From a virus (Duplodnaviria; Caudoviricetes), in IMG/VR virus record IMGVR_UViG_3300037309_000028, positions 1 to 25,467 of that record: 25,467 bases of DNA; one strand, 5' to 3'. How positions within the stretch are numbered: the first letter of the stretch is position 1; every line of letters begins with the position of its first letter. A program made the position numbers and the translations under genes. The notes below the pieces were generated by a model. It was not told where the DNA came from. It saw only the letters and a program-made list of their open reading frames with translations, and made no database searches. Of this stretch, positions 17,268-25,340 are shown piece after piece.

Positions 17268-18539
17268 ATGGCAAGCATTTCCAATGGCGAGATTGGCCTT
17301 CTCGTCCGGACCAAGTTGAATGACACCGGGTTGCGGAAGAACAATTTCGCGGCCACCACCGCGCCCGGCGTCGGGAACGACACCACCCAGGGCTATGATG
17401 TCGGGTCGCGGTGGCTGAACGCCTCGGCCAAGACGCTCTGGTCTGCCGTGGCGGTCGCGACCGGGGTCGCGGAATGGCTGCGGCACGCGATGATTTCCGG
17501 CGCGGCCACGGCGGGATCGTTCCTGAAATTCGATGCCTCGGGCAACGTGGTGGCGGCCACGATGACCACGGCGCGGCTTCTGGGGCGCAGCACGGCCGGC
17601 ACCGGCGCGGTCGAGGAACTGACGGTCGGCGCCGGGCTGGCCCTGAGCGCCGGCGTCCTGTCTGCCACGCCGGGCGTTGCCATCCAGGTCACCGTCCGGA
17701 ACGCGACCGGCACGACCATGGCCAAGGGCACGCCCTACTACCTGACAGGTGCCAACACCGGCGGCGTGCCGCACATCGCCCCGGCAGACGCGGACGGGCC
17801 CGGCACCTTCCCGGCGGACGGCATCCTTGCCGCCGATCTGGCCACGGCGACGAACGGGACCGGGTACAAGTCCGGAGAAATCACCGGGCTGAACACTTCG
17901 ACATTTTCGGTGGGCGACCTGCTGTATGTCGGGAACACGGCGGGCGCGCTGGTCGCGACCGCGCCGAACAATGTCCAGCCGGTTGCCGAGGTGCTGGAAG
18001 CGAGCGCCACAACCGGCCGGATCATGGTCCAGATCGGCGAAGCAGCCAACACGATTACGGCACTGACGGCGGAAACCACCGGCACGGCCCTTCGCGCGGC
18101 GGAAATGTACGTCGCCACCGGCTCGGGTGACCGGAAGGCAACCGGCGCCAGCCTGCTGGCGGCAGCCGGGCGGCTGCTGTCTGCGACCTGCTTCCGCACC
18201 GACCAGGCGGTGGCCACCGGGCTGGTGACCCATGTCATGATCCCGATTGGCGCGGAACTGAACGGGTTCGATGTGGTCGGGGCGACGATCCGGACCTATT
18301 CGCAGGGCGTGACAGGCGCGACCACGGTTCAGGTGGTCCGGCGCCGGGGCACCACCGATGCGAACGTCTTTACCACCGCGCCATCTGTCGGCGCCGCGGT
18401 GTTCGCAGCGAGCACGGCGGTCAACACGTCGAATGACGACCTGGCCACTGGCGATGTCCTGCTGCTGAACGTCGCGGCGGTTCATAGCGGCACAGCGCCG
18501 AATGGTCTTGCCGTTGAAATTCTTGTCAGGAAGCCCTGA
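17268..18539 (+). CDS. Fibre-like virion structural protein
   Basis: 423 aa, rich in Ala/Thr/Gly; NNFAATTAPGVGNDTTQGYDVGSRW and RLLGRSTAGTGAVEELTVG fibre-type motifs. Confidence 0.8.
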   Translation: MASISNGEIGLLVRTKLNDTGLRKNNFAATTAPGVGNDTTQGYDVGSRWLNASAKTLWSAVAVATGVAEWLRHAMISGAATAGSFLKFDASGNVVAATMTTARLLGRSTAGTGAVEELTVGAGLALSAGVLSATPGVAIQVTVRNATGTTMAKGTPYYLTGANTGGVPHIAPADADGPGTFPADGILAADLATATNGTGYKSGEITGLNTSTFSVGDLLYVGNTAGALVATAPNNVQPVAEVLEASATTGRIMVQIGEAANTITALTAETTGTALRAAEMYVATGSGDRKATGASLLAAAGRLLSATCFRTDQAVATGLVTHVMIPIGAELNGFDVVGATIRTYSQGVTGATTVQVVRRRGTTDANVFTTAPSVGAAVFAASTAVNTSNDDLATGDVLLLNVAAVHSGTAPNGLAVEILVRKP

Positions 18540-18542
18540 TCC

Positions 18543-21500
18543 ATGACTGAAATCCGCCTTTCGGGGGGCAGCCGTCTGCGCACGACAGCCGGCACCCACC
18601 TTCGCCTGCCGCCTGCTGTCACCACAGCCACTATCAGCAACCCGGCGCCATTGCAGGCCGGCGACTTTGCCAGCATCGGCCAGCTTGGATTTACCGTGAC
18701 CCTGCCGGCCGATCCGGGGGTAACCGGGGACGCGACGATCACCGTCAGGGTGCTGTGCATCATTCCGGTCGCGGCCTATGCCGGCAACGAGCAGAATCCG
18801 GACGCATGGACGGCCGCCGGCGCGATCTACATCGGTAACCTGGACGAGGCCGGCGCGACCATCAACGCTTCGGGGCTGACGGCCGCGACGCAGTACGTGG
18901 TTGTCTGGGAGTGCCGGGACACGACCAAGACGCCGCGCCTCGACAGCCTCTGGTCGGTTGGTTACACGATCACGACCGCCTCGCCTTCGTCGGACACCAC
19001 GCCTCCGGTCCTGACAGCAGTTGGGGTGTCCAGCATCGGGTCCAGCACGTCGCAGCTCAACTGGACGACTGACGAGGGCGGCGCCTTTGAGTGGCGGGTC
19101 GAACGTCAGTCCGACAACGTTGTGGTTGCCAGCGGGTCCGGATCGAACGCGGCAGGGGCACATTCCGTCGCAGCAAGCGGACTTGCGGCCAGCACGGCCT
19201 ACCGGTTCGAGATTGACCAGCAGGACGCGGCCGGAAACCTTGCGCAGGCCTCGGCCAATTTCACGACGCAGGCCGCGAGCGGATCGACCCTGATCTACGA
19301 CGAACTGCCGTATCAGGACTTCGACGTGGACAGCGGCGCATGGCGCGGGCTGAACAGCGGCGCTGTCCCGGTCCGGTTCAAGGCTTCATCCGGGCAGGCG
19401 GTGGCCGCGCGGCTGGTCCCGATTAATGGCGATCCTGCCCTGCCGTGGGTGACGGTCGGAACCGGGACGGGCACCGGGAACCAGATCACCGGCTTCTACA
19501 ACGCGCCGCGTCACCGGAGCGCCATGACCATCGAAGTGCGGCTGGTGTCCGCACCATCCGTCACGGCAATCGGCGTCAACCGTGTCCGGGTTGGCCATGT
19601 GATCCAGATGTGGGGCCAGTCCGAGGATGACCAGCTTGAACAGACCCTTTCAGGGATGCCGACGCCCGAGACGCTGAGTGTCAAGAACGCGGTCGAGGCG
19701 CTGGTGCAGCCGTGGGCTACGGGCCGGCAGTCAACGGCGGCGCTGAAGGTGCCCGGCGTCGATGCCTTCCCGACAGGGATCACCCGGAGCGGCGCCGTGA
19801 TCACGGTCGGCGCCAGCTTTGCGTCGGGCGGCATCATCGAGGACTGGGACTTCCGCCAGCATCGGGTGCTGCTGGCGGCTGGCGCGAATGTCGGGGCAAT
19901 CCGGCAGTGCATCTTCGGCGATCCGGGCGAGCTGATTGCCGAGGCGTTCTTTCTCGACTCAGAAGTCGGCGCCACCTGCGCCCGGCTGGAGTGGAATACC
20001 TTCGAGGGCTGGACGGGCCTGCGCAGTCCGGATCTGGGCACCACCCGCGCGCTTGGCGTGTCCGCCTGCATCAAGAGCGGCGTTTCCGGATCGGGCACCG
20101 CCATCACGCTGGCCAACTTTCCGCTGATCACGCGGAACCGGTTCACCAACTATCCGAATGACGCGATCAAGGCCTATGGCACCGACACGGTGCAGCAGGT
20201 GATCACGCTGAACTATTTCGGGCCGCCGCTGGCGTTCGGCAACGACCGGCTCGCCTATTCCGCCGGCCGCACCTACCTGAAGGGGGAGGTCGCGGACAAT
20301 GGCGGCGAAAGCTATATCTGCCGGGTCAACACCTCGCTCGGGGTGGCCCCGCCTGCGGGGACGGCCACCGACAATGCGAACTGGCTTTATGTCGATCCGC
20401 ACTGCGACACGATCCAGGTTCCGGCAGCCAAGAACGGCGTTGAGATCAGCCTGAACTGGGTCGACGGCCGTGCCAGTCTCCGGAATCGGGGCATCAACTC
20501 CTGCATCTTTTTGCAGCGGAATGTCCCCGCCGACCAGATTACGCGCATCTACGACGATGTCTTTGTCCAGCACAACATCATCCGCTGGACCCTTGGCGCC
20601 GGCGGGAGCGTGATCAAGTGTTCGGACGGCGGCGGTGTGAACTGGACGACACCGACGATCCGCAACAACTGGCTGGACCCGCGCCGGTCAACCGGATCGT
20701 CAACCTACATCGACGGTCAGCAGTCGGCGATGAACTGGGGCGGCAACAAGGACTACGCTACCGGGGCTGCGATCCCTGCCAGCGCTGTCGCCGCAGCGAT
20801 TTCGGTGGCGGCGCTTGGCGAGCCCCTGGACAGCCGGGTTCAATTCTGGTCGCTGGAAAACAGCACGCGGCATGTCGAGAGCAACAGCGCCAGCGGCCGG
20901 CCGGCGGGCTTTGCCGCCTTCGCGCACGCCCTGCTGGCGATCCGTCCGGACGAGTTCTTCACGATCATCCGGCACACCAAATCGGGCACCGCTTGGATGG
21001 AGGCCAGCAACAACGATCCAGGCCGACCGTGGGCGGACGAGGCGGCACTGGCCACGGCGGCGCGGGGCGGGATCAGCCCGCCCGGCCTCTGCTGGTCGTC
21101 ATGGTATGCCTCACCAGGCCCGCTGCGCCTGTCCTATGGCGAGGTGTGGGCGGGGTTCTTCCTCGGCCTCAAGCCGGACGGGACAGCCTTCGCCGGTGGC
21201 GGGGCGCTGACCCACATCCAGCCGGACGGTTCCGGGACGCAGAATACCACCTACGGCAACATCCTGCCGGACCTCTATGACGTGACGAACATGCGGTTCC
21301 TGCTGATGGATTCGCACCGGTTCGAGAGCCAGGGCGCCACGCGGACAATCGTCGAGGGCAGCCCGGAAGTCGGCCTGACCCAGCACAAGCGGGAATGCAC
21401 CGACGCCGGGCGCCTGCTGAAGGCAAACGGCCTGTTCTCGGCGCGGTTCGCAGGAGAGAATTGCAGCCTGAACGCCTATCAGACAGGGCTTCGGGTCGCG

Positions 21501-22082
21501 CCGGGCGGATCGGCCAGCGCCTATGATCCGAACGGGACCAGCTATACCGACGAGCCGCATCCTTTCAAGTACGGGCCGGACGGGGCACAGCGGCGGGCGC
21601 GGATGCTGGCCTATTTCATGCTGATGGCCGGCGGCCTGTTGAACCTGCGCGTCCCGGTGTTCGACCAGGTGCTTCGCCACACGGACGGATCGGTGATGCG
21701 CGTCGGGTGCAGTACCGGGCCGGTCACCACCACCCGCCGGGCGCGGGGCGAACCGTCAATCAGTGACACAGGCACGCACCGGACGGATGCGACCTGCTTT
21801 GTATACGGGAACGTTTACGTCCACAGGGCGGAAATCAGGTCTGACGGGCGGGTCTACATCTATCCCAGATCGGGCACCCTGCCGACCTCGGGCGTTGACT
21901 TCGGGCTGGGCGGCGCAGACGGGCAACTAAACCACCCGGCCGACCAGATCGCGCAGATGTGGAAGGACTATCCGATCCGGGGCGGTGACGGACTACCCTT
22001 CATCGAGGGCTTGCCGTTTGCCGTCCAGCCGCCCGCCATGGACGGCACCCATCCGACCGGAACATTCACGGTGCCATCATGA
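18543..22082 (+). CDS. Large multidomain tailspike-like protein: two FN3 domains, SGNH/sialate O-acetylesterase-like domain, beta-helix, CBM5/12-like module
   Basis: FN3 (DTTPPVL...SGLAASTAYRFEI...DAAGN); VGHVIQMWGQS; ITRNRF/ITLNYF/ISLNWV/VQHNII/IRNNWL repeats with HCDTIQ; late DEPH. Confidence 0.8.
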   Translation: MTEIRLSGGSRLRTTAGTHLRLPPAVTTATISNPAPLQAGDFASIGQLGFTVTLPADPGVTGDATITVRVLCIIPVAAYAGNEQNPDAWTAAGAIYIGNLDEAGATINASGLTAATQYVVVWECRDTTKTPRLDSLWSVGYTITTASPSSDTTPPVLTAVGVSSIGSSTSQLNWTTDEGGAFEWRVERQSDNVVVASGSGSNAAGAHSVAASGLAASTAYRFEIDQQDAAGNLAQASANFTTQAASGSTLIYDELPYQDFDVDSGAWRGLNSGAVPVRFKASSGQAVAARLVPINGDPALPWVTVGTGTGTGNQITGFYNAPRHRSAMTIEVRLVSAPSVTAIGVNRVRVGHVIQMWGQSEDDQLEQTLSGMPTPETLSVKNAVEALVQPWATGRQSTAALKVPGVDAFPTGITRSGAVITVGASFASGGIIEDWDFRQHRVLLAAGANVGAIRQCIFGDPGELIAEAFFLDSEVGATCARLEWNTFEGWTGLRSPDLGTTRALGVSACIKSGVSGSGTAITLANFPLITRNRFTNYPNDAIKAYGTDTVQQVITLNYFGPPLAFGNDRLAYSAGRTYLKGEVADNGGESYICRVNTSLGVAPPAGTATDNANWLYVDPHCDTIQVPAAKNGVEISLNWVDGRASLRNRGINSCIFLQRNVPADQITRIYDDVFVQHNIIRWTLGAGGSVIKCSDGGGVNWTTPTIRNNWLDPRRSTGSSTYIDGQQSAMNWGGNKDYATGAAIPASAVAAAISVAALGEPLDSRVQFWSLENSTRHVESNSASGRPAGFAAFAHALLAIRPDEFFTIIRHTKSGTAWMEASNNDPGRPWADEAALATAARGGISPPGLCWSSWYASPGPLRLSYGEVWAGFFLGLKPDGTAFAGGGALTHIQPDGSGTQNTTYGNILPDLYDVTNMRFLLMDSHRFESQGATRTIVEGSPEVGLTQHKRECTDAGRLLKANGLFSARFAGENCSLNAYQTGLRVAPGGSASAYDPNGTSYTDEPHPFKYGPDGAQRRARMLAYFMLMAGGLLNLRVPVFDQVLRHTDGSVMRVGCSTGPVTTTRRARGEPSISDTGTHRTDATCFVYGNVYVHRAEIRSDGRVYIYPRSGTLPTSGVDFGLGGADGQLNHPADQIAQMWKDYPIRGGDGLPFIEGLPFAVQPPAMDGTHPTGTFTVPS

Positions 22083-22807
22083 GCCATCATCACAGCGCGC
22101 TGCTTCAGGCCACCGGCGGGGGTGGGGGTGGCGGGCTTGTCCTGCGCAACTCCGGGCTTATCCTCAACCACACAACGCCGGATGCCAGCAGTTTTACATC
22201 TTCATCCATCACCGTGGCAGCGGATGAAATCGCAGTCATCAAGGCGGTGCTGCGACGCACGTCCGCCTCGACAGATGTCGATAACGTGGTGGCCGGGTTT
22301 ACCCTGGCCGGCGCGGCATTGACGATCCCGAGTGGCGGCAACTACCGTCAGGCCGGGGCTTTCAAGCCTGCGGCGGTGATCGGCTATCTGGCAGGCGCCC
22401 GAACCGGTTCTGTTGTTCTCGACATGACGGGTTCGCCGGTCGCGTTCGAGGCGTGTCAGATATTTTACGAGACCTGGGCCGGGGCACACGGAACGCCGGT
22501 GATCGGTGCAGCAGCGACTGTCCTGAAGAGCACTTCAGCCGCGGGCGATATAACGCTGTCCCGTACCACATCGCACGATGGCGGGCTGCTGACCGGCGCG
22601 ATCATGGGCGGCGACGGCACGATCACGATGACACCATCGGCGGGCACCACGGTTGTCGCGCCAACAGCCACGGGGTCGTCCACCGGCGAGGATTTCGTGG
22701 GCTGGTCAGCCTATTCGCTGACGGCAACCGCCGGTGCGGCCGCGATCACCGCCAGCCTGTCCGGCGGCGTGGCCATCGGCATCGGGCTGGAACTGCGCCC
22801 GTCCTGA
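22079..22807 (+). CDS. Hypothetical beta-rich structural protein
   Basis: 242 aa; ATGA coupling to the spike gene; Gly linker after the N-terminus; rich in Thr/Ala/Gly/Ser. Confidence 0.75.
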   Translation: MSHHHSALLQATGGGGGGGLVLRNSGLILNHTTPDASSFTSSSITVAADEIAVIKAVLRRTSASTDVDNVVAGFTLAGAALTIPSGGNYRQAGAFKPAAVIGYLAGARTGSVVLDMTGSPVAFEACQIFYETWAGAHGTPVIGAAATVLKSTSAAGDITLSRTTSHDGGLLTGAIMGGDGTITMTPSAGTTVVAPTATGSSTGEDFVGWSAYSLTATAGAAAITASLSGGVAIGIGLELRPS

Positions 22808-22855
22808 TCTTCTGCACCGCTGTTTGCAATCTGAAACCTCATGGGGGTGGGGCCG

Positions 22856-23218
22856 ATGAAGGATTCCGAAATGATCGAACCTACCGAACACGGCATTCAC
22901 ATCGAAAAGGGGCTGGCCTGGACCATCCTCGTTGCCATCCTCGGCGCCGGCTTCTTCATCGGCATGACCGTCGCCGGACTGCGCGGCGATGTGAAGCTGA
23001 TCACGGCGGAACTTGCCCGGCTTGATGCCGTGACGGGTGCCAATGCCGGCAACATCGACCTTCTGCGGCGCGACCAGCAGGCGGCGCAGGTCATCGCGGC
23101 GCGGTCTGATGAACAATTCAAGGCCATCCTTGAGCGGATCGCAGCCCTTGCCGAGGGGCAGGCGGACATTTCCGCCCGCCTGCGCGCGATGGAGCAGCAA
23201 CGGGGCGTGGTGAGGTGA
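22856..23218 (+). CDS. Single-TM plus coiled-coil membrane protein (holin/antiholin-like)
   Basis: TM LAWTILVAILGAGFFIGMTV followed by a heptad coiled coil; coupled to the endolysin gene. Start is 22841, 22856 or 22871. Confidence 0.7.
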   Translation: MKDSEMIEPTEHGIHIEKGLAWTILVAILGAGFFIGMTVAGLRGDVKLITAELARLDAVTGANAGNIDLLRRDQQAAQVIAARSDEQFKAILERIAALAEGQADISARLRAMEQQRGVVR

Positions 23219-23997
23219 TGGCCAGAACCTTCAGGAAGGACATCCATCCGATCACCGCCCGGTGGGAGGGCGGCTGGTCGGATCACAAGGACGATCCGGG
23301 CGGCAAGACGATGTTCGGCTGGACGCAGGCGACGCTGCAACGTGTGACGGGCGAACGATGGCCTGAGGCGCGGATGCGCGCGATGACGCCTGACGATGCC
23401 TTGTCCCTGTACGAGCGGCATTTCTTCCGAGAGCCGAACTTCCACCGGCTGCCACCGGGGTTCGCGCTTTCGGCGTACGACGCCGGGGTCAACAGTGGTC
23501 AGGAGCGTGCCTCCAAGTGGGTCCAGCGGGGCCTTGGGGTGACGGCTGACGGCAAGGTCGGCAGCAAGACTGTTCAGGCCGCGTGGGGATGCCAGGACCC
23601 CGTGACGGCTATCGAGGCCATCAGCAAGGCCCGACTGTCATTCATGCAGGGGCTGGCGATCTGGAAAACCTTCGGCCGTGGCTGGGGGCGGCGCGTCGCC
23701 GATGTGAATGCCCATGCCGTCCTGTGGGCCACCGAGGCCCTGCACGGAGGTGCCATCGTCGAGCAGCGGCAGACCGCCGCTGAGGACCGCGCCAAGGCCA
23801 AGGCCAATCAGGCCGGTGGCACGGCGGTCACCGGCACTGGCGCGTCGGGCGCGGGCTACGGGGCCGAGGTCCCCGAATGGCTGCTGACGGCGATAGCGGT
23901 GGCCACGCTGGCCGCCGTCGCCGTCCTGATCTGGAAACGCTGGAAGGAAAAGCGCCTGGCCGAGGGCTATTCGGCAGTTCTCAAGGAGGTGAAGTGA
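23218..23997 (+). CDS. Endolysin, glycoside hydrolase family 108 with a PG-binding domain and C-terminal TM anchor
   Basis: WEGGWSDHKDDPGGKTMFG (EGG motif), YDAGVNSG, ADGKVGSKT, FGRGWGRRV; C-terminal WLLTAIAVATLAAVAVLIWKRWK. Confidence 0.93.
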   Translation: MARTFRKDIHPITARWEGGWSDHKDDPGGKTMFGWTQATLQRVTGERWPEARMRAMTPDDALSLYERHFFREPNFHRLPPGFALSAYDAGVNSGQERASKWVQRGLGVTADGKVGSKTVQAAWGCQDPVTAIEAISKARLSFMQGLAIWKTFGRGWGRRVADVNAHAVLWATEALHGGAIVEQRQTAAEDRAKAKANQAGGTAVTGTGASGAGYGAEVPEWLLTAIAVATLAAVAVLIWKRWKEKRLAEGYSAVLKEVK

Positions 23998-24263
23998 TGC
24001 ACATCGTAATTCGCACGGCGGCGTTGCCGGAACATACAATCCCCATCACCAACGACGCTGCCACCCTGGTGCGCATGGGCTTCAATCCCAGCCAGCGCCC
24101 GCGCGTCGAGGCCGTCAAGGCGCTGGCGGCTGCACTCATCAGCCACTTGCAGCCGCTGGCCGATGTGCGTGGTCCCGGCAGCCGAGAGGCCGCTATCGCC
24201 ATCACCCATTTGCAGACGGCCTCCATGTTCGGCGTGGCAGCCGAGACGGCGGATTTGTCATGA
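23997..24263 (+). CDS. Acb2/Tad1-like helical-hairpin protein (candidate anti-defence cyclic-nucleotide sponge)
   Basis: ATG 23997 with AAGGAGG SD; 88 aa; VRMGFNPS...VEAVKALAAALI...REAAIAITHLQTASMFGVAA matches the remembered Acb2/Tad1 hairpin pattern. Confidence 0.75.
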   Translation: MHIVIRTAALPEHTIPITNDAATLVRMGFNPSQRPRVEAVKALAAALISHLQPLADVRGPGSREAAIAITHLQTASMFGVAAETADLS

Positions 24264-24481
24264 GCGATCTGAAGCCCTACACCATCGACGGGCAGCCGTC
24301 GGCGCTGCCGTCGCGCAAGGTGATGGCGATGGTGCTGACGGCTGCCATTGTCGGCGGCGTCCGCGCGACCCTTGAAGCCTACGGCATCGAGGCAGACGGC
24401 TTCGTCTCGGTCTTCCAGCCCGCGCTTGAGGCACTGGTGATCGGGGCCATGGGATATGTCACGTCGGAGCGCGCGCCGTGA
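24260..24481 (+). CDS. Holin-like small two-TM protein
   Basis: 73 aa; PSRKVMAMVLTAAIVGG and ALEALVIGAMGYVTSER hydrophobic segments; located in the lysis cassette. Confidence 0.72.
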   Translation: MSDLKPYTIDGQPSALPSRKVMAMVLTAAIVGGVRATLEAYGIEADGFVSVFQPALEALVIGAMGYVTSERAP

Positions 24482-24726
24482 TCGATCTTGTCCCGGACGT
24501 GTGGGGATGGGTCGTCGGGCTGTTGGCAGCGGGCGGCGGAATCTTCGCCGCGCTGCGCCGGATTCGCGGGAATGCTGTCGCCCGGCAGCGCCTCGATGAT
24601 CTCGAACGTGACAGGAAACGGATGGAGGCTGGCCGTGACGCGGTGGCAAAGGAACAGAGAGAGACTGCTGGGGGCAGTGCTGGCGATCATGCTGACCGCG
24701 TGTACGGGCGCGATGATCGTTGGTAG
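24478..24726 (+). CDS. Inner-membrane spanin (Rz-like)
   Basis: N-terminal TM VWGWVVGLLAAGGGIFAAL, then a charged helical domain; overlapped by a lipoprotein gene. Confidence 0.72.
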   Translation: MIDLVPDVWGWVVGLLAAGGGIFAALRRIRGNAVARQRLDDLERDRKRMEAGRDAVAKEQRETAGGSAGDHADRVYGRDDRW

Positions 24727-24856
24727 CGGCTGCGACGCCTATGCCGAGGCGCGTCTTCAGAAACCTTCGCGTGCCGATCTGGCGGCATCGCCTGTGGCTG
24801 TCGCGGCGTGGATAAACCACCTCGACGCGCGCATGACAGCTGTCTGCCGGCCATGA
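24635..24856 (+). CDS. Outer-membrane spanin lipoprotein (Rz1-like)
   Basis: GGAGG (24624-24628) followed by GTG 24635; MTRWQRNRERLLGAVLAIMLTA-C lipobox; two further Cys residues. Confidence 0.78.
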   Translation: MTRWQRNRERLLGAVLAIMLTACTGAMIVGSGCDAYAEARLQKPSRADLAASPVAVAAWINHLDARMTAVCRP

Positions 24857-25001
24857 TCGACCCGGCCAACATGCGTGCACCCGCCGGACCGGGTGGGGGG
24901 TAAGTCTTCGTCTGCCTGATGGACGGGGGCCGGCTGTGCCATCAGCCCAAGCCACGCGGAAAGCTTGGAGAGCACCGCGCCGACCGCCGCCGAGCTTCTG
25001 G

Positions 25002-25235
25002 TCAGCGACCGCGAAATTCCCGCCGGGCTGCTTTAGGTGGTGTGGCTGCCTGAGGCCAATAAAGGCGCCGCGCGTCCTCGACGTGCATGGCCACGATCTC
25101 GGCCAGAGGTCGCGCTATTCGGCCCGTCCCGGCACAGCGATTACACTCGACCACGTCATGCGGAGACCGACCCTCGCGTCGCAGCTCGCAGGCTGGGCAG
25201 GTTGTTCCGTTGCCATGCAAATACATGTCAGCCAT
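25002..25235 (-). CDS. Small Zn-finger protein (CxxC...CxxCxGxG)
   Basis: 77 aa; CPAC and CNRCAGTG, a DnaJ-type Cys-rich motif. Confidence 0.6.
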   Translation of the reverse strand: MADMYLHGNGTTCPACELRREGRSPHDVVECNRCAGTGRIARPLAEIVAMHVEDARRLYWPQAATPPKAARREFRGR

Positions 25236-25264
25236 GGGCGACGGGCGGTTTCCAGATCGACCAA

Positions 25265-25277
25265 CAAGCCATTGATA
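25265..25277. promoter_or_regulatory. IHF binding site
   Basis: CAAGCCATTGATA is an exact match to YAANNNNTTGATW, about 65 bp from the att core. Confidence 0.65.
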
Positions 25278-25340
25278 TTCGTGCTGCCGGAGGCTGGCTG
25301 GTTGCCACGATTATCGCTGCAAAGACAGGCGTTCGGGCAC

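Noticed and set aside
1080-19163. Long minus-strand ORFs (e.g. 1080-3266, 3599-4867, 5507-7000, 13588-15471, 17154-19163)
   Set aside because: They are antisense shadows of well-supported + strand genes in high-GC DNA, Arg/Pro/His-rich, with no recognisable motifs.
13660-22807. Diversity-generating retroelement or invertible tail-fibre switch
   Set aside because: No reverse transcriptase or invertase is in the window, and no TR/VR-like duplication or flanking inverted repeats were seen by eye; a self-dotplot would be decisive.
24757-24975. 72-aa minus-strand ORF and a 16-codon + strand ORF (24853-24903)
   Set aside because: Neither has an SD or a recognisable motif; the first overlaps the o-spanin by 100 nt and the second is too short to support.
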